Source: Alphaproteobacteria bacterium (lineage in GTDB: Bacteria > Pseudomonadota > Alphaproteobacteria > GCA-2731375). Taken from it: a DNA stretch of 64,000 bases. The first letter of the stretch is position 1. Each line of letters starts with the position of its first letter. A program made the translations under genes and the position numbers. Below are positions 42,369-50,367 of this stretch, one piece after another. The stretch is from assembly GCA_965232515.1 (NCBI GenBank), contig CBDDPY010000002.1, positions 3,136,001-3,200,000 on the forward strand. The letters are read 5' to 3'. Under the pieces are notes generated by a model. It was not told the origin of the DNA, made no database searches, and saw nothing but the letters and a program-made list of their open reading frames with translations.

Positions 42369-43565
42369 TCAGGCCGCCAGAAGCCCGTGCGGATCGATGA
42401 CGTATTTGGCGGGGCTGCCCATGTCGAAGTTGGCGTAACCCTCGGGCGCTTTGTCGAGGCTGATGACCTCGACGTTCAATGCCTTCGACAGATAGGGCAT
42501 GCGGTCCCAGAGGATCGCCTCAGTGAGATAGCGGTTGTAGTTCTGTACCGGCGCCATGCCGGTCATGACCTGGATCGACTTGGTCCACATCTTGCCCCAG
42601 TCGAGATGCAGCCGCCCCTGCCCGGCATCGGCGTCGACCGGCTTCGGATCGGCGCCGACGTAAATGCCGGGCACGCCGATCCGGCCGCTGGCGCGGACCA
42701 CGTCGAACAGGCTGTTGAGCGCCGCGTGCGGTTGCTCGGCATCCGCGTCGGCGCCGAGGCCGTGGGCTTCGTAGCCGACGGCGTCGACGCCGGCATCCAC
42801 CTCAGGCTCGCCGAGGATTTGGGCGATCTTGTCGCGCAGCGGCGCCGGGTCGCGCAGATCGACCGTCTCGAAGCCGGCATCCTGCAGGATTTTCAAGCGG
42901 TCGGGGTTCTGGTCGCCGACGATGATGCAGGCCGCGCCCAGCAGCCGGGCGCTGGCCGCGGCGCAGCGGCCGACCGGCCCGGCGCCGGCGATATAGACGT
43001 GGCTGCCCGGCCGCACACCGGCGGTGTAGGCGCCGTGGAAGCCGGTGGGCAGGATGTCGGAGATCATCGTGAGGTCGCGGATCTTCGCCATCGCCTTTTC
43101 CTTGTCGCGGAACTTCATCAGCATGTAGTCCGCGTACGGCACCAGGACGTATTCCGCCTGACCGCCGGCCCAGCCCTTGAGGTCGAAGCCGAAGGCGCCG
43201 AGATCGGCATTGGGATTGACGAGGTCGTTTTCGCAGACGTCGCTGCGCGCCTCCTTGCAATTACGGCAGCGGCCGCAGGCGACGTTGAACGGCACGGAAA
43301 CGAGATCGCCGACCTGCAGCAGCTCGACGTCGGCGCCCATCTCGATCACCTCGCCGGTGATCTCGTGCCCGAGCACATGGCCCTGCGGCACGGTGAAACG
43401 GCCGCGATAGATGTGCTGGTCGCTGCCGCAGATGTTTGTCGAGACGACCTTGAGGATGACGGCATGCTCGAGCTTGCGCCCGTCATGCTCCATCTTCGGA
43501 AAATCGAACGACTCGACACGAAGATCCTTGGCGCCGTGATAGACGACGCCGCGATTGCCGGACAT
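42369..43565 (-). CDS. fdhA: Glutathione-independent formaldehyde dehydrogenase
   Basis: MSGNRGVVY, NICGSDQH, GHEITG, CGRCRNC, SDILPTG, KYVIDPH. Confidence 0.9.
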   Translation of the reverse strand: MSGNRGVVYHGAKDLRVESFDFPKMEHDGRKLEHAVILKVVSTNICGSDQHIYRGRFTVPQGHVLGHEITGEVIEMGADVELLQVGDLVSVPFNVACGRCRNCKEARSDVCENDLVNPNADLGAFGFDLKGWAGGQAEYVLVPYADYMLMKFRDKEKAMAKIRDLTMISDILPTGFHGAYTAGVRPGSHVYIAGAGPVGRCAAASARLLGAACIIVGDQNPDRLKILQDAGFETVDLRDPAPLRDKIAQILGEPEVDAGVDAVGYEAHGLGADADAEQPHAALNSLFDVVRASGRIGVPGIYVGADPKPVDADAGQGRLHLDWGKMWTKSIQVMTGMAPVQNYNRYLTEAILWDRMPYLSKALNVEVISLDKAPEGYANFDMGSPAKYVIDPHGLLAA

Positions 43566-43627
43566 GAAACTTCTCCCTCCGCGAGGCTTGCTGATGCGGT
43601 AACGATGCCGCCGCCGGCGGTCGGGGT

Positions 43628-43663
43628 ATTCCAAGATCTGGGAAGCGATTCAGAAATCTTGCG
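43628..43663 (-). promoter_or_regulatory. Putative AraC-type direct repeat upstream of fdhA
   Basis: Imperfect 16-bp direct repeat with 20-bp period (attccaagatctggga / attcagaaatcttgcg). Confidence 0.45.
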
Positions 43664-43683
43664 ATCGGACCGGCCGGCGTCGC

Positions 43684-44589
43684 TCACTGGACCGCGTCGC
43701 GCCGGTAGCGGCCCGGGGTCGTGTCCAGCAGCCGGCGAAACGTGTCGGTCATGTGGGATTGCGACGAAAACCCGACGGCATAAGCGATATCCGCAATCGG
43801 CCGGTCCGTCGTCGCAAGCAGTTCGCGGGCGCGCTCAACGCGCCGTTTAAGCACGTATCGGTGAGGGCTCGTCCCCACAACCGTCTTGAAGCAACGGGAA
43901 AACTCATAGATGCCCATGCCGGCGACGTCGGCCATCTCGGAAAGGCTCAATCGCCTGGCAAGGCCGGCGTCGATGTACTGCACAGCTTCGCGAACCTCCT
44001 TTGCCGCGCGCGGCGGCGGCCCGCCGACATGCCGTTTTGCAGTGCCGCTTGCATGCCTGAGCACGTGGACGCCCAACAAAGCCACCACGGATTCGAGATA
44101 CAAGAGGTTGCCGCCGTCGCTGCCTGAAAACGCGTGTCTGTAGTGTCGGCTCAACGTCGCGAAATCCGGATCGAAGTCGACCGAGACCGGCACCAGGGCA
44201 TCAACCGCGTTTGATCCGCCGTCGCCCGCCAGCCGCGTCAGAAATTCGGGCTTGAACAAAACCACGCCAAACCATCCGACTTCGGCGATCGCGCGATAGC
44301 CGCAGTCGGCCGGCACGATGTCGGATGCGCCGGCCGCTGCACTGACGCGCGTCAACCGGTCGCTGTCCAACGCCCGCGCGCCGTGGCCGTGAGTCGCGAC
44401 GAATTTGACCGCCGGCCAGGGCAGAACCACGTTGACTTCGTAGCTGCCCGGCGGGTTCCACTCGGCGATGAAGTTTTCCGTCGTGATGCGGGTACCCCAA
44501 TCGGGCAGCCGCCGAACGGGATCGCCGTCCACCGGAATACGCCGCTTCGGCGGCGGTTGGAAACGTTCCAGCACAAAGGTCTCTGTCAT
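43684..44589 (-). CDS. AraC family transcriptional regulator
   Basis: C-terminal double HTH: LSEMADVAGM...FK...GTSPHRY...IADIAYAVGFSSQSH...TPGRYR; start uncertain. Confidence 0.88.
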   Translation of the reverse strand: MTETFVLERFQPPPKRRIPVDGDPVRRLPDWGTRITTENFIAEWNPPGSYEVNVVLPWPAVKFVATHGHGARALDSDRLTRVSAAAGASDIVPADCGYRAIAEVGWFGVVLFKPEFLTRLAGDGGSNAVDALVPVSVDFDPDFATLSRHYRHAFSGSDGGNLLYLESVVALLGVHVLRHASGTAKRHVGGPPPRAAKEVREAVQYIDAGLARRLSLSEMADVAGMGIYEFSRCFKTVVGTSPHRYVLKRRVERARELLATTDRPIADIAYAVGFSSQSHMTDTFRRLLDTTPGRYRRDAVQ

Positions 44590-45015
44590 CGATCGCCCTG
44601 CCGTCCGGGTTGCCGAAAATCGCCGACCTCTGCCAGCCCGCCATGCCGCGTTCCCGATACGTAGTTCTGTTCGATCTATTTGCATCCGGACGACCGGCGT
44701 TTGGCACAGCGCTCGCGCCTGGGACGACAGGCCGACCGAGCGGATCGTCGGCCGCGGTTTCCAAGCATTCCCGTCGACTTGCCATTGTGCGTTGGCGGCG
44801 ACGGCGGCGCCCCCGACGATAGATGTTTCCGATGGCCGGCGCGGCCGAAAGCAATCGACGAACACGGCCGTTTCGGCGCAACGGCATGAAGGCGCCGATC
44901 AGTAGATGCTGACAACGTGGTGGCAGCAGTCCGCAAACTGACACGATTGTGAAATTGTCGCGCTGTGTCACCGCGCCTAGACTGACGTCCTTGCACACAT
45001 TTCGGAGGGACACCG

Positions 45016-45396
45016 ATGTCAGCTGAGGCAACACGGGCGACGGCCGAGAAGCTGGTGGGCTATTGTCGCGAGAACAACGACGAGGCCTGTCTGAACGAGC
45101 TCTATCATCCCGACGCCGTCTCGGTCGAAGCGATGGCGATGCCGGGCGCCGACAGCGCCGAGGCCGTCGGCGTCGCGGCGATCAAGGGCAAGCACGACTG
45201 GTGGAATTCGTCGTTCGAGGTGCATTCGGCCAATGTCGACGGGCCGTATCTGCACGGCGACGACCGGTTCGGCGTGATCTTCGAAATCGACGCCACCGAG
45301 AAGGCTTCGGGCGAGCGCAACGCCATGAAGGAAATGGCGATCTATACCGTCAAAGACGGCAAGATCGTGCGCGAAGAGTTCTATTACAACATGTGA
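45016..45396 (+). CDS. SnoaL-like / NTF2-fold protein
   Basis: 126 aa, LY.PDAVSVE, YTVKDGKIVREEFYY; GGAGG RBS. Confidence 0.85.
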   Translation: MSAEATRATAEKLVGYCRENNDEACLNELYHPDAVSVEAMAMPGADSAEAVGVAAIKGKHDWWNSSFEVHSANVDGPYLHGDDRFGVIFEIDATEKASGERNAMKEMAIYTVKDGKIVREEFYYNM

Positions 45397-45402
45397 TCGG
45401 GA

Positions 45403-45444
45403 CGATGGCCCGTCGGTGCCGTGCCCGGCGCCGACGGGCCATCG
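45403..45444 (+). terminator. GC-rich stem-loop after the SnoaL-like gene
   Basis: cgatggcccgtcggtgccg / cggcgccgacgggccatcg 19-bp arms. Confidence 0.5.
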
Positions 45445-45452
45445 CATCGAAT

Positions 45453-45721
45453 TGTCGGAATTCTTTACAGCTGATACGCCATCAGCATCGCCAAATCGGC
45501 ATTAACTTATTGAATTAAAAGAAGTTTTCAGGTGATTTCTCGTCCACGCGGTTGTCGTCGCCACGGCGCGGAAGTTTTTGCGTAACCCACTGAAATATAA
45601 GCGATTTTTCACACTCATTTCCGGGACAATCCAAGGTGTCGGTAGCGTTAACACACGTCATCGGCGCATTTCGCATAAATCATTGGTTTTGCTAAGAAAA
45701 ACTCTATGGCACGCAATTTGC
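45453..45721 (+). promoter_or_regulatory. Sigma54 promoter with upstream enhancer-like TGT-N11-ACA sites
   Basis: TGGCAC-N5-TTGC at 45707-45721; TGTCGGAATTCTTTACA (45453-45469) and TGTCGGTAGCGTTAACA (45637-45653); IHF-like TAACTTATTGAA between them. Confidence 0.8.
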
Positions 45722-45764
45722 TTTAACCATAGCAGGGGTGGGATCTCCTGTTGGGGTAACAACA

Positions 45765-46484
45765 ATGAAAACGTCTCAAACCCTCGGCATGGCCTTAGCG
45801 GGCCTGCTGGGGCTGTCGGGCCATGCGGCCACGGCGGCCGTTATTCTGGTCGACGCCGATCCGGCGACGATCGGAGTCCAAAACACGCGCACCGTCAATC
45901 AGGGCGCCAATTTCAGCGTCGACGTGGTGCTGGACACCACCGGCGTCGGCGCGGATACGGTCTTTGACACGACCAGCCTGGGCATCTCGTTCAACGACGC
46001 CGGCGCAATTCTGAGTTCGCTCGGCGCCAGCGCCGGGGCCGTCGCCGGCGCGCCGTTCATTTCGGGCTTCCCGGGCCTGCCGGCCGATCTCTTCGGCATT
46101 GCGACGGTTGCGCCCGGCGCCGCGTTGACAATGTCCGTCATCCCGCCGGGCGTACCCGCCGCCGGCTTTGCCAGTACGAGCGGGTTGTTCGGCCTGTTCG
46201 ACTCACCGTTCACGGTTCCGGCCGACACGGTCACGACCTTGTTCAGCTTTGCATTCAGCGCGGATGCGGCCGGGACCAGCACGCTGTTGGCGTCGAACAC
46301 CGACGCTGTCCTGTCAGAGCTCGAACTGTTCGGCAGTCCGATCGATGTCGATCTGGTATCGGCGTCGGTCACGGTGATGGCATCGAACGGCGATCCGAAC
46401 GCCGTGCCGGTGCCCGGCAGCATGCTGCTGTTCGGCAGCGCGTTGCTCGGCTTCGCCTGGTCGAGGCGCCGGCAACGGGCCTAA
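45765..46484 (+). CDS. PEP-CTERM/VPLPA-type sorting-domain surface protein
   Basis: Signal peptide; C-terminal VPVPGSMLLFGSALLGFAW-SRRRQRA (motif, TM helix, basic tail). Confidence 0.85.
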   Translation: MKTSQTLGMALAGLLGLSGHAATAAVILVDADPATIGVQNTRTVNQGANFSVDVVLDTTGVGADTVFDTTSLGISFNDAGAILSSLGASAGAVAGAPFISGFPGLPADLFGIATVAPGAALTMSVIPPGVPAAGFASTSGLFGLFDSPFTVPADTVTTLFSFAFSADAAGTSTLLASNTDAVLSELELFGSPIDVDLVSASVTVMASNGDPNAVPVPGSMLLFGSALLGFAWSRRRQRA

Positions 46485-46509
46485 ATCTCCCCGGCAATCG
46501 CCGGAACGG

Positions 46510-46548
46510 AAAAGCCCGGATGCGGTTACCGCACCCGGGCTTTTTTCT
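46510..46548 (+). terminator. Intrinsic terminator of the PEP-CTERM gene
   Basis: gcccggatgcgg-tta-ccgcacccgggc followed by TTTTTTCTT. Confidence 0.8.
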
Positions 46549-46596
46549 TGGCTAAGACGGTCGCGCAATCCGTCTGCCCTGGCCAATGACCGCTGG

Positions 46597-46635
46597 AAAA
46601 AGAAAACGCCCGGACGCGGCGACCGCGTCCGGGCG
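46597..46635 (-). terminator. Intrinsic terminator of the RTX gene
   Basis: Perfect 13-bp stem cgcccggacgcgg/ccgcgtccgggcg with an A-tract on the + strand (U-tract on the - strand). Confidence 0.8.
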
Positions 46636-46658
46636 AGTTGACTAGGGAGGTACGAGGG

Positions 46659-49600
46659 TTACGCGAACAGGATGTCGTCCACGAGATCGTTGAGGTCGCG
46701 GCCGCTGAAGTCCTCCAGGATCCACTGGTCCTGGAAGCCGTGGCCATTGCCGGCGCCGTCGGCGTCGAACTGGATCTTCGTGTTCTTGCCGTCGTCAACC
46801 AACCGAACAAAGCTATCGGCGTTCTGCCGCATGAAGCCGGCCTCGGTCCGCGCCATCATGGCCTGGTCGAAGCCGGCGACGATGATCTTGTCCTCGCCGG
46901 GATTGAAGTTGGCGAAGGTGTCGACGCCATGCAGCTTGGCGTCGTAGCGGACCGTTACCTCGCCGCGCAGGAACGCCGACAAACTGAACTCGGCCGGCGC
47001 CGCCGAAGCGAGGCTCACGTTTTCGACGTTGATCACGGTTTCACCGTTGATGGCCGAGTCAAAGCCGGCGCCGCCGTCGATAAAGTCCGTGCCGGCACCG
47101 CCGTTGATGACGTCATTGCCGTCACCCGCCAGCAGGATGTCGTTACCGTTACCGCCCGACAGCACATCGTTGCCGTCGCCGCCGAGAACGACGTCGTTGC
47201 CGTTGCCGGAGATCAGGATGTCGTTGCCTTCACCGCCGGAGACGAAGTCGTTGCCGTCGTTGGCGATGATGATGTCACGCCCGTCTTCGCCGATCATGAC
47301 GTCGTTGCCGTCGCCGCCGAACATGATGTCGTTGCCGTCTCCGCCACGGGCGATGAGCGCAATGCCCGCCTGCAGGTCGGTGGCGTTGACGATGTCGTCG
47401 CCTTCCTCGCCGTCGATGATGACGGTCTCGAGGTCCGGCACGCCGCTGAGGTCGTTGACCGTCACCTCGTCGTCGCCGTCGCCCGTTCGGATGTCGATGA
47501 CCTCCGTCGAGCCGACGGTCTGCACAGACGGCGTCTGATTGACCTGCTCGATGCGCAGGAAGTTGCCGCTGGCGCTGAGGTCGATCTCGTCATCGAGGTT
47601 GCTGAACGTCATCTGGAAGGTGTCCCGGCCGGCGCCGCCGAAGGTCAGGTCGTTGCCGTCGCCGAAGTTCCAGACCATCAGGTCGTTGCCGTTCTCGCCG
47701 AAAACGAAATCGTTGCCGGTACCGCCGATCAGCGTGTCGTTGCCGTCGCGGCCGCGTAGCAGGTCGTTGTCGCCGCCGCCCTTGATCGTGTCGCCGCCGT
47801 CACCGCCGGTGACGATGTCGTTGCCGAGACCGCCGTCGATGTCGAGCGAGATCAGGCCCGCGAGGCCGTTGCTGCCGGTAAACCGATCGTTGCCGGCGAG
47901 CAGGTTGACGTCGAGCGTTTCGATCGTACCGATATCGAGGGTGAACTGGTTCGGGTAGGTCCCCTGCACCTGCACGCGGTTGCCGTTCGGCGTCACCATG
48001 ACCATGTCGCCGCTGGTGTTCGAGCCGTTGACCTGCAGCGTGTCGTTGTCGTCGCCGCCTTCGACGAAGTCGGAGCCGTCGCCGTTGTTGTGGATGATCA
48101 GGTCGTTGCCGTCCTCGCCCAGGATGATGTCGTTGCCGGTTCGGCCAAGCAGCGTGTCGTTGCCGGCGCCGCCACGGATCACGTCGGCGCCGTCGCCGCC
48201 GATGATCAGGTCGTTGCCCTCGCCGCCGTCAAGGTCGAGCTGGATCAAACCGGCGAGGCCGTTGCTGGCGATGATGACATCGCTGCCGCCCTGGCCGTTC
48301 ACGTCCAGGTTCTCGGTGGTGCCGATGTCGAGCGTGAACAGGCCGAGGTTGGTGCGCCGGAAACGGACGCGCTCGCCGTTCGGATCGATCTGGAAGCTGT
48401 CGCCGGCGCCGTTGGCGCCGTTCACCTGAACCGTATCCAGGCCATCGCCGCCTTCCATGAAGTCGGAGCCGTCGTCGTTGTTCCAGATCAAGAGGTCATT
48501 GCCGTCCTGACCGAGCATGATGTCGTTGCCGCGACCGCCGAGCAGGGTGTCGTTGCCGGCGCCGCCGCGCAGCACGTCGGCCCCGTCGCCGCCGATAAGC
48601 AAGTCGTTGCCTTCGCCGCCGTCGAGATCGAGGCTGATCAGGCCGTTCAGGCCGACACTGCCGATGATGATGTCGTTACCGCCCTGGCCGTTGATGTCCA
48701 GGTTTTCGGTCGTGCCGATATCGAGCACGAACTGTTCGAGATTGTTGCGCCGCACGCGGACGCGCTCGCCGTTCGGATCGATGCGGATGTCGTCGCCGGC
48801 GTCGTTGGCGCCGTTGATCTGGACGGTGTCGATGTCCTCGCCGCCTTCCAGGAAGTCGGAGCCGTCGCCGTTGTTCCAGATCAGCAGGTCGTTGCCGTCC
48901 TGGCCGAGCACGATGTCGTTGCCACGATTGCCGAGCAGCGTGTCGTTGCCGGCGCCACCGCGCAGCACGTCGGCCCCGTCGCCGCCGATCAACAGGTCGT
49001 TGCCCTCGCCGCCGTCGAGATCGAGGCTGATCAGGCCGGCAAGGCCGACGCTGCCGACGATGATGTCATTGCCGCCGCCGCCGTTGACGTCGAGATTTTC
49101 AACGGTGCCGATGTCGAGGGTGAACAGACCGAGATTGTTGCGCTGAAAGCGTACCCGGTTGCCATTCGGCGAGATCGAAAAATCGTCCCCGGCGCCATCG
49201 GCGCCGTTGACTTGAACGGTGTCGGTACCAGAGCCGCCTTCCAGAAAATCGGAACCATCGCCGTTGTTGACGATCAGCAGGTCGCTGCCGTCCTCGCCGA
49301 GGACAACGTCGTTGCCCTGGCGACCGAGCAGCGTGTCGTTGCCGGCACCGCCGCGCAGCACGTCGATGCCGTCGCCGCCAATCAGCAGATCGTTGCCCTC
49401 GCCGCCATCGAGATCGAGACTGATCAAGCCGTTCAGACCGACACTGCCGACGATGACGTCGTTGCCGCCCTGGCCGTTAATGTCCAAGTTCTCGACGGTG
49501 CCGATGTCGAGCGTGAACAGCCCGAGATTGTTGCGCTGAACGCGGATGCGATCGCCGTTCGGGTCGATCGAAATGTCATCGCCCGCGCCGTTGGCGCCAT

Positions 49601-50102
49601 TGAGCTGGACAAAATCGTTGCCGTCCCCGCCCTCCATGGTGTCGGAGCCGTCGCCGTTGTTCCAGATCAGCAGATCATTGCCAGCACCGCCGTTGACGTT
49701 GTCGTTGCCGCGGTCGCCCAATAAAACGTCGTTGCCGCTGCCACCGAAGATCTGGTCGGCATTGTCGCCGCCGCGGATCGTGTCGTTGCCGCTGCCGCCA
49801 AGGACGGTGTCCTGGCCGCTGCCACCGATCAGCAAATCGTTGCCGCTGCTGCCCAACAGAAAGGCGCGGGGCAGGGCGCCGTTGAACTCGTTCAAAGTGA
49901 TCTGATCGTTGCCGTCGAGTCCCAAGCCAAGGATCGTCGTGGTGTTGTTGACGGTCGCCGGTCCGCCGACGATGGCGACCTCGCCGTTGTTGATCAGAAT
50001 GGTGCCGTCGGCGGCCCGAGAAATGTTGATCACGTTATCGGCGTTGTCGCCGACAATCGAAAGCACGCCCGTTTGCGCTGAAAATGAGGCGGTTACTGCC
50101 AT
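46659..50102 (-). CDS. Large RTX-type calcium-binding protein, T1SS substrate
   Basis: Dozens of GGxGxDxLx nonapeptides; C-terminal IQFDADGAG T1SS-target-like tail; AGGAGA RBS before ATG 50102. Confidence 0.92.
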   Translation of the reverse strand: MAVTASFSAQTGVLSIVGDNADNVINISRAADGTILINNGEVAIVGGPATVNNTTTILGLGLDGNDQITLNEFNGALPRAFLLGSSGNDLLIGGSGQDTVLGGSGNDTIRGGDNADQIFGGSGNDVLLGDRGNDNVNGGAGNDLLIWNNGDGSDTMEGGDGNDFVQLNGANGAGDDISIDPNGDRIRVQRNNLGLFTLDIGTVENLDINGQGGNDVIVGSVGLNGLISLDLDGGEGNDLLIGGDGIDVLRGGAGNDTLLGRQGNDVVLGEDGSDLLIVNNGDGSDFLEGGSGTDTVQVNGADGAGDDFSISPNGNRVRFQRNNLGLFTLDIGTVENLDVNGGGGNDIIVGSVGLAGLISLDLDGGEGNDLLIGGDGADVLRGGAGNDTLLGNRGNDIVLGQDGNDLLIWNNGDGSDFLEGGEDIDTVQINGANDAGDDIRIDPNGERVRVRRNNLEQFVLDIGTTENLDINGQGGNDIIIGSVGLNGLISLDLDGGEGNDLLIGGDGADVLRGGAGNDTLLGGRGNDIMLGQDGNDLLIWNNDDGSDFMEGGDGLDTVQVNGANGAGDSFQIDPNGERVRFRRTNLGLFTLDIGTTENLDVNGQGGSDVIIASNGLAGLIQLDLDGGEGNDLIIGGDGADVIRGGAGNDTLLGRTGNDIILGEDGNDLIIHNNGDGSDFVEGGDDNDTLQVNGSNTSGDMVMVTPNGNRVQVQGTYPNQFTLDIGTIETLDVNLLAGNDRFTGSNGLAGLISLDIDGGLGNDIVTGGDGGDTIKGGGDNDLLRGRDGNDTLIGGTGNDFVFGENGNDLMVWNFGDGNDLTFGGAGRDTFQMTFSNLDDEIDLSASGNFLRIEQVNQTPSVQTVGSTEVIDIRTGDGDDEVTVNDLSGVPDLETVIIDGEEGDDIVNATDLQAGIALIARGGDGNDIMFGGDGNDVMIGEDGRDIIIANDGNDFVSGGEGNDILISGNGNDVVLGGDGNDVLSGGNGNDILLAGDGNDVINGGAGTDFIDGGAGFDSAINGETVINVENVSLASAAPAEFSLSAFLRGEVTVRYDAKLHGVDTFANFNPGEDKIIVAGFDQAMMARTEAGFMRQNADSFVRLVDDGKNTKIQFDADGAGNGHGFQDQWILEDFSGRDLNDLVDDILFA
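47649..49680 (-). repeat. Tandem 393-bp (131-aa) intragenic repeats
   Basis: NNGDGSD codons recur at 49641, 49248, 48855, 48462 and 48069 (393-bp period), with a degenerate copy at 47649. Confidence 0.85.
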
Positions 50103-50222
50103 TGTTCTTCTCCTGAAATTTCCGTGTTCGCCGCGCGGCCAACAGGACGCACTGACCCCCAAAAGGCGCGGCGGACATTGACGGCACAACGTTTCCTGGA
50201 AATTTCACGTGCCGGATTTGTT

Positions 50223-50283
50223 GTTTCTTTTGTTTCGATACGACATGACCGCAACCTCGCGTCGGGCACGAAACAAATGAAAC
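50223..50283. promoter_or_regulatory. Inverted pair of CGAAACAAnnGAAAC boxes in the RTX/T1SS divergent promoter
   Basis: gtttcttttgtttcg (50223-50237) and cgaaacaaatgaaac (50269-50283), 14/15 complementary. Confidence 0.65.
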
Positions 50284-50367
50284 ACGACAACCGTTTCGAG
50301 ACATCCTGGCGAAACGTCGTCCTGCAACTGTCCGCCGCGTCAAAACCAAGAAACGTGGGGGGCCGAC

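Noticed and set aside
44702-44716. Sigma54-like TGGCAC-N5-TCGC
   Set aside because: Mismatch in the -12 element, about 300 bp from the next + strand gene, and no enhancer evidence
47649-49680. Long tandem repeats as a CRISPR array or assembly artefact
   Set aside because: The repeats are in-frame coding units that differ at synonymous positions
46659-50102. RTX toxin or heme-peroxidase (Mn-oxidase) call
   Set aside because: No pore-forming, protease or peroxidase domain visible, and no linked acyltransferase
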